Shown here: piece after piece, positions 13,701-28,700 of the stretch
How positions within the stretch are numbered: the first letter of the stretch is position 1
How the letters are laid out: the number at the start of each line of letters is the position of its first letter
NCBI GenBank assembly: GCA_964016885.1
Contig: OZ024741.1
Location: 49,104,001-49,168,000, forward strand
Source of the DNA: Eledone cirrhosa
Taxonomy: Eukaryota
Reading direction: 5' to 3'
DNA length: 64,000 nucleotides
The notes under the pieces: generated by a model
Told to the model about the DNA's origin: nothing
The model's database searches: none
What the model saw: the letters and a program-made list of their open reading frames with translations, nothing else
Program-made: the position numbers and the translations under genes

Positions 13701-16700
13701 TTACCGTGATAATGAAGAGTTAATATACCAGTAGTAACTAGTCTATACTAGATCTATTACTGTGATAATGTGGAGCTACTGTACCAGTAGTAACTAGTCT
13801 ATACTAGATCTATTACTGTGATAATGTGCAGTTACTATACCAGTAGAAACTAGTCTATACTAGATCTACTTCTGTGATACTGTGGAGTTACTGTACCAGT
13901 AGTAACTAGTCTATACTAGATCTACAACTGGGATAATGTGGAGTTACTATACCAGTAGTAACTAGTCTATTCTAGATCTATTACTGTGATAATGGGGAGT
14001 TACTACATCAGTAGAAACTTGTCTATAATAGATCTATTACTGTGTTAATATTGAGTTACACTACCAGTAGTAACTAGTCTATACTAGATCTATTTCTGTG
14101 ATAATGAGGAGTTACTATACCAGTAGTAACTAGTCTATACTAGATCTATTACTGTGATAATGTGGAGTTACTATACCAGTAGTAACTAGTCTATACTAGA
14201 TCTATTACTGTGATAATGAGGAGTAACTATACCAGTAGTAACTAGTCTATACTAGATCTATTACTGTGATAATGTGGAGTTACTGTACCAGTAGTAACTA
14301 GTCTATATTAGATCTACGACTGTGATAATGAGGAGTTACTATACCAATAGTAACTAGTCTATACTAGATCTATTACTGTGATAATGAAGAGTTACTATAC
14401 CAGTAGTAACTAGTCTATACTAGATCTATTACTGTGATAATGTGGAGTTACTATACCTGTAGTAACTAGTCTATACTAGATCTATTACTGTGATAATGTG
14501 GAGTTACTGTACCAATAGTAACTAGTCTATACTAGATCTATTACTGTGATAATGGGGAGTTACTATACCAGTAGTAACTAGTCTATACTAGATCTATTAC
14601 TGTGATAATGTGGAGTTACTATACCAGTAGTAACTAGTCTATTCTAGATCTATTACTGTGATAATGGGGTGTTACTATACCAGTAGAAACTAGTCTATAC
14701 GGGATCTATTACTGTGATAATGGGGAGTTACTATACCAGTAGTAACTAGTCTATACTAGATCTGTTACTGTGATAATGTGGAGTTACTATACCAGTAGTA
14801 ACTAGTCTATACTAGATCTATTACTTTGATAATGGGTAGTTACTATACCAGTAGTAACTAGTCTATACTAGATCTATTACTGTGAGAATGGGGTGTTACT
14901 ATACCAGTAGAAACTAGTCCATACTAGATCTATTACTGTGATAGTGGGGAGTTACTATACCAGTAGAAACTAGTCTATAATAGATCTATTACTGTGATAA
15001 TGGGGAGTTATTATACCAGTAGTAACTAGTCTATACTAGATCTATTACTGTGATAATGGGGAGTTACTATACCAGTAGAAACTAGTCTATACTAGATCTA
15101 TTACTGTGATAATGTGGAGTTACACTACCAGTAGTAACTAGTCTATACTAGATCTATTACTGTGATAATGTGGAGTTACTATACCAGTAGAAACTAGTTT
15201 ACACTAGATCTATTACTGTGATAATGTGGAGTTACTATACCAGTAGTAACTAGTCTAAACTAGATCTATTACTGTGATAATGTCGAGTTACTATACCAGT
15301 AGAAACTAGTCTATACTAGATCTATTACTGTGTTAATGTGGATTTACTATACCAGTAGTAACTAGTCTATAGTAGATCTATTACTGTGATAATGAAGAGT
15401 TACACTACCATTAGTTACTAGTCTATACTAGATCTATTATTGTGATAATTTGGAGTTACTATACCAGTAGAAACTAGTCTATACTAGATCTATTACTGTG
15501 ATAATGGGGAGTTGCTATACCAGTAGTAACTAGGCTATACTAGATCTATTACTGTGATAATGAGGAGTTACACTACCAGTAGTAACTAGTCTATACTAGA
15601 TCTATTACTGTGATAATGTGGAGTTACTATACAAGTAGTAACTAGTCTATAATAGATCTATTACTGTGATAATGTGGAGTTACTATACCAGTAGTAACTA
15701 GTCTATACTAGATCTATTACTGTGATAATGTGGAGTTACTGTACCAGTAGTAACTAGTCTATACTAGATCTACAACTGGGATAATGTGGAGTTACTATAC
15801 CAGTAGTAACTAGTCTATACTAGATCTATTACTGTGATAATGGGGTGTTACTATACCAGTAGTAACTAGTCTATACTAGGTCTATTTCTGTGATAATGAA
15901 GAGTTACTATACCAGTAGTAACTAGTTTATACTAGATCTATTACTGTGATAATGTGGAGTTACTATACCAGTAGTAACTAGTCTATACTAGATCTATTAC
16001 CGTGATAATGAAGAGTTAATATACCAGTAGTAACTAGTCTATACTAGATCTATTACTGTGATAATGTGGAGCTACTGTACCAGTAGTAACTAGTCTATAC
16101 TAGATCTATTACTGTGATAATGTGCAGTTACTATACCAGTAGAAACTAGTCTATACTAGATCTACTTCTGTGATACTGTGGAGTTACTGTACCAGTAGTA
16201 ACTAGTCTATACTAGATCTACAACTGGGATAATGTGGAGTTACTATACCAGTAGTAACTAGTCTATTCTAGATCTATTACTGTGATAATGGGGAGTTACT
16301 ACATCAGTAGAAACTTGTCTATAATAGATCTATTACTGTGTTAATATTGAGTTACACTACCAGTAGTAACTAGTCTATACTAGATCTATTTCTGTGATAA
16401 TGAGGAGTTACTATACCAGTAGTAACTAGTCTATACTAGATCTATTACTGTGATAATGTGGAGTTACTATACCAGTAGTAACTAGTCTATACTAGATCTA
16501 TTACTGTGATAATGAGGAGTAACTATACCAGTAGTAACTAGTCTATACTAGATCTATTACTGTGATAATGTGGAGTTACTGTACCAGTAGTAACTAGTCT
16601 ATATTAGATCTACGACTGTGATAATGAGGAGTTACTATACCAATAGTAACTAGTCTATACTAGATCTGTTACTGTGATAATGAAGAGTTACTATACCAGT

Positions 16701-19700
16701 AGTAACTAGTCTATACTAGATCTATTACTGTGATAATGTGGAGTTACTATACCTGTAGTAACTAGTCTATACTAGATCTATTACTGTGATAATGTGGAGT
16801 TACTGTACCAATAGTAACTAGTCTATACTAGATCTATTACTGTGATAATGGGGAGTTACTATACCAGTAGTAACTAGTCTATACTAGATCTATTACTGTG
16901 ATAATGTGGAGTTACTATACCAGTAGTAACTAGTCTATTCTAGATCTATTACTGTGATAATGGGGTGTTACTATACCAGTAGAAACTAGTCTATACTGGA
17001 TCTATTACTGTGATAATGGGGAGTTACTATACCAGTAGTAACTAGTCTATACTAGATCTGTTACTGTGATAATGTGGAGTTACTATACTAGTAGTAACTA
17101 GTCTATACTAGATCTATTACTTTGATAATGGGTAGTTACTATACCAGTAGTAACTAGTCTATACTAGATCTATTACTCTGAGAATGGGGTGTTACTATAC
17201 CAGTAGAAACTAGTCCATACTAGATCTATTACTGTGATAGTGGGGAGTTACTATACCAGTAGAAACTAGTCTATAATAGATCTATTACTGTGATAATGGG
17301 GAGTTATTATACCAGTAGTAACTAGTCTATACTAGATCTATTACTGTGATAATGGGGAGTTACTATACCAGTAGAAACTAGTCTATACTAGATCTATTAC
17401 TGTGATAATGTGGAGTTACACTACCAGTAGTAACTAGTCTATACTAGATCTATTACTGTGATAATGTGGAGTTACTATACCAGTAGAAACTAGTTTACAC
17501 TAGATCTATTACTGTGATAATGTGGAGTTACTATACCAGTAGTAACTAGTCTAAACTAGATCTATTACTGTGATAATGTCGAGTTACTATACCAGTAGAA
17601 ACTAGTCTATACTAGATCTATTACTGTGTTAATGTGGATTTACTATACCAGTAGTAACTAGTCTATAGTAGATCTATTACTGTGATAATGAAGAGTTACA
17701 CTACCATTAGTTACTAGTCTATACTAGATCTATTATTGTGATAATTTGGAGTTACTATACCAGTAGAAACTAGTCTATACTAGATCTATTACTGTGATAA
17801 TGGGGAGTTGCTATACCAGTAGTAACTAGGCTATACTAGATCTATTACTGTGATAATGAGGAGTTACACTACCAGTAGTAACTAGTCTATACTAGATCTA
17901 TTACTGTGATAATGTGGAGTTACTATACAAGTAGTAACTAGTCTATAATAGATCTATTACTGTGATAATGTGGAGTTACTATACCAGTAGTAACTAGTCT
18001 ATACTAGATCTATTACTGTGATAATGTGGAGTTACTGTACCAGTAGTAACTAGTCTATACTAGATCTACAACTGGGATAATGTGGAGTTACTATACCAGT
18101 AGTAACTAGTCTATACTAGATCTATTACTGTGATAATGGGGTGTTACTATACCAGTAGTAACTAGTCTATACTAGGTCTATTTCTGTGATAATGAAGAGT
18201 TACTATACCAGTAGTAACTAGTTTATACTAGATCTATTACTGTGATAATGTGGAGTTACTATACCAGTAGTAACTAGTCTATACTAGATCTATTACCGTG
18301 ATAATGAAGAGTTAATATACCAGTAGTAACTAGTCTATACTAGATCTATTACTGTGATAATGTGGAGCTACTGTACCAGTAGTAACTAGTCTATACTAGA
18401 TCTATTACTGTGATAATGTGCAGTTACTATACCAGTAGAAACTAGTCTATACTAGATCTACTTCTGTGATACTGTGGAGTTACTGTACCAGTAGTAACTA
18501 GTCTATACTAGATCTACAACTGGGATAATGTGGAGTTACTATACCAGTAGTAACTAGTCTATTCTAGATCTATTACTGTGATAATGGGGAGTTACTACAT
18601 CAGTAGAAACTTGTCTATAATAGATCTATTACTGTGTTAATATTGAGTTACACTACCAGTAGTAACTAGTCTATACTAGATCTATTTCTGTGATAATGAG
18701 GAGTTACTATACCAGTAGTAACTAGTCTATACTAGATCTATTACTGTGATAATGTGGAGTTACTATACCAGTAGTAACTAGTCTATACTAGATCTATTAC
18801 TGTGATAATGAGGAGTAACTATACCAGTAGTAACTAGTCTATACTAGATCTATTACTGTGATAATGTGGAGTTACTGTACCAGTAGTAACTAGTCTATAT
18901 TAGATCTACGACTGTGATAATGAGGAGTTACTATACCAATAGTAACTAGTCTATACTAGATCTATTACTGTGATAATGAAGAGTTACTATACCAGTAGTA
19001 ACTAGTCTATACTAGATCTATTACTGTGATAATGTGGAGTTACTATACCTGTAGTAACTAGTCTATACTAGATCTATTACTGTGATAATGTGGAGTTACT
19101 GTACCAATAGTAACTAGTCTATACTAGATCTATTACTGTGATAATGGGGAGTTACTATACCAGTAGTAACTAGTCTATACTAGATCTATTACTGTGATAA
19201 TGTGGAGTTACTATACCAGTAGTAACTAGTCTATTCTAGATCTATTACTGTGATAATGGGGTGTTACTATACCAGTAGAAACTAGTCTATACGGGATCTA
19301 TTACTGTGATAATGGGGAGTTACTATACCAGTAGTAACTAGTCTATACTAGATCTGTTACTGTGATAATGTGGAGTTACTATACCAGTAGTAACTAGTCT
19401 ATACTAGATCTATTACTTTGATAATGGGTAGTTACTATACCAGTAGTAACTAGTCTATACTAGATCTATTACTGTGAGAATGGGGTGTTACTATACCAGT
19501 AGAAACTAGTCCATACTAGATCTATTACTGTGATAGTGGGGAGTTACTATACCAGTAGAAACTAGTCTATAATAGATCTATTACTGTGATAATGGGGAGT
19601 TATTATACCAGTAGTAACTAGTCTATACTAGATCTATTACTGTGATAATGGGGAGTTACTATACCAGTAGAAACTAGTCTATACTAGATCTATTACTGTG

Positions 19701-19740
19701 ATAATGTGGAGTTACACTACCAGTAGTAACTAGTCTATAC
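8300..19740. repeat. 41-monomer (2,296-bp) higher-order repeat, ~5 tandem copies
   Basis: The rare variant TTAATGTGGATTTA occurs at 8445, 10741, 13037, 15333 and 17629, with spacing exactly 2,296 = 41x56. The order of other variants is conserved. Boundaries are approximate. Confidence 0.93.
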
Positions 19741-22700
19741 TAGATCTATTACCATGATAATGGGGAGTTACTATACCAGTAGAAACTAGTCTATACTAGA
19801 TCTATTACTGTGATAATGTGGAGTTACTATACCAGTAGAAACTAGTTTATACTAGATCTATTACTGTGATAATGTGGAGTTACACTACCAGTAGTAACTA
19901 GTCTATACTAGATCTATTACTGTGATAATGGGGAGTTACTATACCAGTAGTAACTAGTCTATACTAGATCTATTACTGTGATAATGTGGAGTTACTATAC
20001 CAGTAGTAACTAGTCTATACTAGATCTATTACTGTGATGATGAGGAGTAACTATACCAGTAGTAACTAGTCTATACTAGATCTATTACTGTGATAATGTG
20101 GAGTTACTGTACCAGTAGTAACTAGTCTATATTAGATCTACGACTGTGATAATGAGGAGTTACTATACCAGTAGTAACTAGTCTATACTAGATATATTAC
20201 TGTGATAATGAAGAGTTACTATACCAGTAGTAACTAGTCTATACTAGATCTATTACTGTGATAATGTGGAGTCACTATACCAGTAGTAACTAGTCTATAC
20301 TAGATCTATTACTGTGATAATGAAGAGTTACTATACCAGTAGTAACTAGTCTATACTAGATCTATTACTGTGATAATGTGGAGTTACTATACCAGTAGTA
20401 ACTAGTCTATACTAGATCTATTACTGTGATAATGTGGAGTTACAGTACCAATAGTAACTAGTCTATACTAGATCTATTACTGTGATAATGGGGAGTTACT
20501 ATACCAGTAGTAACTAGTCTATACTAGATCTATTACTGTGATAATGTGGAGTTACTATACCAGTAGTAACTAGTCTATTCTAGATCTATTACTGTGATAA
20601 TGGGGTGTTACTATACCAGTAGTAACTAGTCTATACTGGATCTATTACTGTGTTAATGTGGAGTTACTATACCAGTAGTAACTAGTCTATACTAGATCTA
20701 TTACTTTGATAATGGGTAGTTACTATACCAGTAGTAACTAGTCTATACTAGATCTATTACTGTGAGAATGGGGTGTTACTATACCAGTAGTAACTAGTCT
20801 ATACTAGATCTATTACTGTGATAATGGGGAGTTACTATACCAGTAGAAACTAGTCTATAATAGATCTATTACCGTCATAATGGGGAGTTATTATACCAGT
20901 AGTAACTAGTCTATACTAGACCTATTACTGTGATAATATGTAGTTAGACTACCATTAGTAACTAGTCTATACTAGATCTATTACTGTGATAACGTGGAGT
21001 TACTATACCAGTAGAAACTAGTGTATACTAGATCTATTACTGTGATAGTGGGGAGTTACCACACCAGTAGAAACTAGTCTATAATAGATCTATTACTGTG
21101 ATAATGGGGAGTTATTATACCAGTAGTAACTAGTCTATACTAGATCTATTACTGTGATAATGGGGAGTTACTATACCAGTAGAAACTAGTCTATACTAGA
21201 TCTATTACTGTGATAATGTGGAGTTACACTACCAGTAGTAACTAGTCTATACTAGATCTATTACTGTGATAATGGGGAGTTACTATACCAGTAGAAACTA
21301 GTCTATACTAGATCTATTACTGTGATAATGTGGAGTTACTATACCAGTAGAAACTAGTTTATACTAGATCTATTACTGTGATAATGTGGAGTTACACTAC
21401 CAGTAGTAACTAGTCTATACTAGATCTATTACTGTGATAATGGGGAGTTACTATACCATTAGAAACTAATCTATACTGGATCTATTACTGTGATAATGTG
21501 GAGTTACTATACCAGTAGTAACTAGTCTATACTAGATCTATTACTGTGATAAAGGGGAGTTACTATACCAGTAGTAACTAGTCTATACTAGATCTATTAC
21601 TGCGATAATGTGGAGTTACTATACCAGTAGAAACTAGTCTATACTAGATCTATTACTGCGATAATATGGAGTTACTATACCAGTAGTAACTAGTCTATAC
21701 TAGATCTATTACTGTGATAATGTGGAGTTACTATACCAGTAGAAACTAGTTTTAACTAGATCTGTTACTGTGATAATGTGGAGTTACTATACCAGTAGTA
21801 ACTAGTCTAAACTAGATCTATTACTGTGATAATGTCGAGTTACTATACCAGTAGAAACTAGTCTATACTAGATCTATTACTTTGATAATGTGGAGTTACT
21901 ATACCAGTAGTAACTAGTCTATACTAGATCTATTACTGTGATAATGTGGAGTTACTGTACCAGTAGTAACTCGTCCATACTAGATATATTACTGTGATAA
22001 TGGGGTGTTACTATACCAGTAGTAACTAGTCTATACTAGATTTATTACTGTGATAATGTGGAGTTACTGTACCAGTAGTAACTAGTCTATACTAGATCTA
22101 TTACTGTGATAATGAGGAGTTACTATACCAGTAGTAACTAGTCTATACTAGATCTATTACTGTGATAATGAAGAGTTACTATACCAGTAGTAACTAGTCT
22201 ATACTAGATCTATTACTGTGATAATGTGGAGTCACTATACCAGTAGTAACTAGTCTATACTAGATCTATTACTGTGATAATGAAGAGTTACTATACCAGT
22301 AGTAACTAGTCTATACTAGATCTATTACTGTGATAATGTGGAGTTACTATACCAGTAGTAACTAGTCTATACTAGATCTATTACTGTGATAATGTGGAGT
22401 TACTGTACCAATAGTAACTAGTCTATACTAGATCTATTACTGTGATAATGGGGAGTTACTATACCAGTAGTAACTAGTCTATACTAGATCTATTACTGTG
22501 ATAATGTGGAGTTACTATACCAGTAGTAACTAGTCTATTCTAGATCTATTACTGTGATAATGGGGTGTTACTATACCAGTAGTAACTAGTCTATACTGGA
22601 TCTATTACTGTGTTAATGGGGAGTTACTATACCAGTAGTAACTAGTCTATACTAGATCTATTGCTGTGATAATGTGGAGTTACTATACCAGTAGTAACTA

Positions 22701-25700
22701 GTCTATACTAGATCTATTACTTTGATAATGGGTAGTTACTATACCAGTAGTAACTAGTCTATACTAGATCTATTACTGTGAGAATGGGGTGTTACTATAC
22801 CAGTAGTAACTAGTCTATACTAGATCTATTACTGGGATAATGGGGAGTTACTATACCAGTAGAAACTAGTCTATAATAGATCTATTACCGTCATAATGGG
22901 GAGTTATTATACGAGTAGTAACTAGTCTATACTAGACCTATTACTGTGATAATATGGAGTTAGACTACCATTAGTAACTAGTCTATACTAGATCTATTAC
23001 TGTGATAACGTGGAGTTACTATACCAGTAGAAACTAGTGTATACTAGATCTATTACTGTGATAGTGGGGAGTTACTACACCAGTAGAAACTAGTCTATAA
23101 TAGATCTATTACTGTGATAATGGGGAGTTATTATACCAGTAGTAACTAGTCTATACTAGATCTATTACTGTGATAATGGGGAGTTACTATACCAGTAGAA
23201 ACTAGTCTATACTAGATCTATTACTGTGATAATGTGGAGTTACACTACCAGTAGTAACTAGTCTATACTAGATCTATTACTGTGATAATGGGGAGTTACT
23301 ATACCAGTAGAAACTAGTCTATACTAGATCTATTACTGTGATAATGTGGAGTTACTCTACCAGTAGAAACTAGTTTATACTAGATCTATTACTGTGATAA
23401 TGTGGAGTTACACTACCAGTAGTAACTAGTCTATACTAGATCTATTACTGTGATAATGGGGAGTTACTATACCAGTAGAAACTAATCTATACTGGATCTA
23501 TTACTGTGATAATGTGGAGTTACTATACCAGTAGTAACTAGTCTATACTAGATCTATTACTGTGATAAAGGGGAGTTACTATACCAGTAGTAACTAGTCT
23601 ATACTAGATCTATTACTGCGATAATGTGGAGTTACTATACCAGTAGAAACTAGTCTATACTAGATCTATTACTGCGATAATATGTAGTTACTATACCAGT
23701 AGTAACTAGTCTATACTAGATCTATTACTGTGATAATGTGGAGTTACTATACCAGTAGAAACTAGTTTATACTAGATCTGTTACTGTGATAATGTGGAGT
23801 TACTATACCAGTAGTAACTAGTCTAAACTAGATCTATTACTGTGATAATGTCGAGTTACTATACCAGTAGAAACTAGTCTATACTAGATCTATTACTGTG
23901 ATAATGTGGAGTTACACTACCAGTAGTAACTAGTCTATACTAGATCTATTACTGTGATAATGGGGAGTTACTATACCAGTAGAAACTAGTCTATACTAGA
24001 TCTATTACTTTGATAATGTGGAGTTACTATACCAGTAGAAACTAGTTTATACTAGATCTATTACTGTGATAATGTGGAGTTACACTACCAGTAGTAACTA
24101 GTCTATACTAGATCTATTACTGTGATAATGGGGAGTTACTATACCAGTAGAAACTAATCTATACTGGATCTATTACTGTGATAATGTGGAGTTACTATAC
24201 CAGTAGTAACTAGTCTATACTAGATCTATTACTGTGATAAAGGGGAGTTACTATACCAGTAGTAACTAGTCTATACTAGATCTATTACTGCGATAATGTG
24301 GAGTTACTATACCAGTAGAAACTAGTCTATACTAGATCTATTACTGCGATAATATGGAGTTACTATACCAGTAGTAACTAGTCTAAACTAGATCTATTAC
24401 TGTGATAATGTGGAGTTACTATACCAGTAGAAACTAGTTTTAACTAGATCTGTTACTGTGATAATGTGGAGTTACTATACCAGTAGTAACTAGTCTAAAC
24501 TAGATCTATTACTGTGATAATGTCGAGTTACTATACCAGTAGAAACTAGTCTATACTAGATCTATTACTGTGATAATGTGGTGTTACTATACCAGTAGTA
24601 ACTAGTCTATACTAGATCTATTACTGTGATAATGTGGAGTTACTGTACCAGTAGTAACTCGTCCATACTAGATATATTACTGTGATAATGGGGTGGTACT
24701 ATACCAGTAGTAACTAGTCTATACGAGATTTATTACAGTGATAATGTGGAGTTACTGTACCAGTAGTAACTAGTCTATACTAGATCTATTACTGTGATAA
24801 TGAGGTGTTACTATACCAGTAGTAACTAGTCTATACTAGATCTATTACTGTGATAATGAAGAGTTACTATACCAGTAGTAACTAGTCTATACTAGATCTA
24901 TTACTGTGATAATGTGGAGTCACTATACCAGTAGTAACTAGTCTATACTAGATCTATTACTGTGATAATGAAGAGTTACTATACCAGTAGTAACTAGTCT
25001 ATACTAGATCTATTACTGTGATAATGTGGAGTTACTATACCAGTAGTAACTAGTCTATACTAGATCTATTACTGTGATAATGTGGAGTTACTGTACCAAT
25101 AGTAACTAGTCTATACTAGATCTATTACTGTGATAATGGGGAGTTACTATACCAGTAGTAACTAGTCTATACTAGATCTATTACTGTGATAATGTGGAGT
25201 TACTATACCAGTAGTAACTAGTCTATTCTAGATCTATTACTGTGATAATGGGGTGTTACTATACCAGTAGTAACTAGTCTATACTGGATCTATTACTGTG
25301 TTAATGGGGAGTTACTATACCAGTAGTAACTAGTCTATACTAGATCTATTGCTGTGATAATGTGGAGTTACTATACCAGTAGTAACTAGTCTATACTAGA
25401 TCTATTACTTTGATAATGGGTAGTTACTATACCAGTAGTAACTAGTCTATACTAGATCTATTACTGTGAGAATGGGGTGTTACTATACCAGTAGTAACTA
25501 GTCTATACTAGATCTATTACTGTGATAATGGGGAGTTACTATACCAGTAGAAACTAGTCTATAATAGATCTATTACCGTCATAATGGGGAGTTATTATAC
25601 GAGTAGTAACTAGTCTATACTAGACCTATTACTGTGATAATATGGAGTTAGACTACCATTAGTAACTAGTCTATACTAGATCTATTACTGTGATAACGTG

Positions 25701-28700
25701 GAGTTACTATACCAGTAGAAACTAGTGTATACTAGATCTATTACTGTGATAGTGGGGAGTTACTACACCAGTAGAAACTAGTCTATAATAGATCTATTAC
25801 TGTGATAGTGGGGAGTTATTATACCAGTAGTAACTAGTCTATACTAGATCTATTACTGTGATAATGGGGAGTTACTATACCATTAGAAACTAGTCTATAC
25901 TAGATCTATTACTGTGATAATGTGGAGTTACACTACCAGTAGTAACTAGTCTATACTAGATCTATTACTGTGATAATGGGGAGTTACTATACCAGTAGAA
26001 ACTAGTCTATACTAGATCTATTACTGCGATAATATGGAGTTACTATACCAGTAGTAACTAGTCTATACTAGATCTATTACTGTGATAATGTGGAGTTACT
26101 ATACCAGTAGAAACTAGTTTTAACTAGATCTGTTACTGTGATAATGTGGAGTTACTATACCAGTAGTAACTAGTCTAAACTAGATCTATTACTGTGATAA
26201 TGTCGAGTTACTATACCAGTAGAAACTAGTCTATACTAGATCTATTACTGTGATAATGTGGTGTTACTATACCAGTAGTAACTAGTCTATACTAGATCTA
26301 TTACTGTGATAATGTGGAGTTACTGTACCAGTAGTAACTCGTCCATACTAGTTATATTACTGTGATAATGGGGTGTTACTATACCAGTAGTAACTAGTCT
26401 ATACGAGATTTATTACAGTGATAATGTGGAGTTACTGTACCAGTAGTAACTAGTCTATACTAGATCTATTAGTGATAATGAGGAGTTACTATACCAGTAG
26501 TAACTAGTCTATACTAGATCTATTACTGTGATAATGAAGAGTTACTATACCAGTAGTAACTAGTCTATACTAGATCTATTACTGTGATAATGTGGAGTCA
26601 CTATACCAGTAGTAACTAGTCTATACTAGATCTATTACTGTGATAATGAAGAGTTACTATACCAGTAGTAACTAGTCTATACTAGATCTATTACTGTGAT
26701 AATGTGGAGTTACTATACCAGTAGTAACTAGTCTATACTAGATCTATTACTGTGATAATGTGGAGTTACTGTACCAATAGTAACTAGTCTATACTAGATC
26801 TATTACTGTGATAATGGGGAGTTACTATACCAGTAGTAACTAGTCTATACTAGATCTATTACTGTGATAATGTGGAGTTACTATACCAGTAGTAACTAGT
26901 CTATTCTAGATCTATTACTGTGATAATGGGGTGTTACTATACCAGTAGTAACTAGTCTATACTGGATCTATTACTGTGTTAATGGGGAGTTACTATACCA
27001 GTAGTAACTAGTCTATACTAGATCTATTACTTTGATAATGGGTAGTTACTATACCAGTAGTAACTAGTCTATACTAGATCTATTACTGTGAGAATGGGGT
27101 GTTACTATACCAGTAGTAACTAGTCTATACAAGATCTATTACTGTGATAATGGGGAGTTACTATACCAGTAGAAACTAGTCTATAATAGATCTATTACCG
27201 TCATAATGGGGAGTTATTATACGAGTAGTAACTAGTCTATACTAGACCTATTACTATGATAATATGGAGTTAGACTACCATTAGTAACTAGTCTATACTA
27301 GATCTATTACTGTGATAACGTGGAGTTACTATACCAGTAGAAACTAGTGTATACTAGATCTATTACTGTGATAGTGGGGAGTTACTACACCAGTAGAAAC
27401 TAGTCTATAATAGATCTATTACTGTGATAGTGGGGAGTTATTATACCAGTAGTAACTAGTCTATACTAGATCTATTACTGTGATAATGGGGAGTTACTAT
27501 ACCATTAGAAACTAGTCTATACTAGATCTATTACTGTGATAATGTGGAGTTACACTACCAGTAGTAACTAGTCTATACTAGATCTATTACTGTGATAATG
27601 GGGAGTTACTATACCAGTAGAAACTAGTCTATACTAGATCTATTACTGTGATAATGTGGAGTTACTATACCAGTAGAAACTAGTTTATACTAGATCTATT
27701 ACTGTGATAATGTGGAGTTACACTACCAGTAGTAACTAGTCTATACTAGATCTATTACTGTGATAATGGGGAGTTACTATACCTGTAGAAACTAATCTAT
27801 ACTGGATCTATTACTGTGATAATGTGGAGTTACTATACCAGTAGTAACTAGTCTATACTAGATCTATTACTGTGATAAAGGGGAGTTACTATACCAGTAG
27901 TAACTAGTCTATACTAGATCTATTACTGCGATAATGTGGAGTTACTATACCAGTAGAAACTAGTCTATACTAGATCTATTACTGCGATAATATGGAGTTA
28001 CTATACCAGTAGTAACTAGTCTATACTAGATCTATTACTGTGATAATGTGGAGTTACTATACCAGTAGAAACTAGTTTATACTAGATCTGTTACTGTGAT
28101 AATGTGGAGTTACTATACCAGTAGTAACTAGTCTAAACTAGATCTATTACTGTGATAATGTCGAGTTACTATACCAGTAGAAACTAGTCTATACTAGATC
28201 TATTACTGTGATAATGTGGAGTTACTATACCAGTAGTAACTAGTCTATACTAGATCTATTACTGTGATAATGTGGAGTTACTGTACCAGTAGTAACTCGT
28301 CCATACTAGATATATTACTGTGATAATGGGGTGTTACTATACCAGTAGTAACTAGTCTATACTAGATTTATTACTGTGATAATGTGGAGTTACTGTACCA
28401 GTAGTAACTAGTCTATACTAGATCTATTACTGTGATAATGTGGAGTTACTGTACCAGTAGTAACTAGTCTATACTAGATCTATTACTGTGATAATGTGGA
28501 GTTACTGTACCAGTAGTAACTAGTCTATACTAGATCTATTACTGTGATAATGTGGAGTTACTATACGAGTAGTAACTAGTCTATACTAGATCTATTACTG
28601 TGATAATGTGGAGTTACTGTACCAGTAGTAACTAGTCTATACTAGATCTATTACCGTGCGAATGGGGAGTTACTATACCAGTAGTAACTAGTCTATACTA

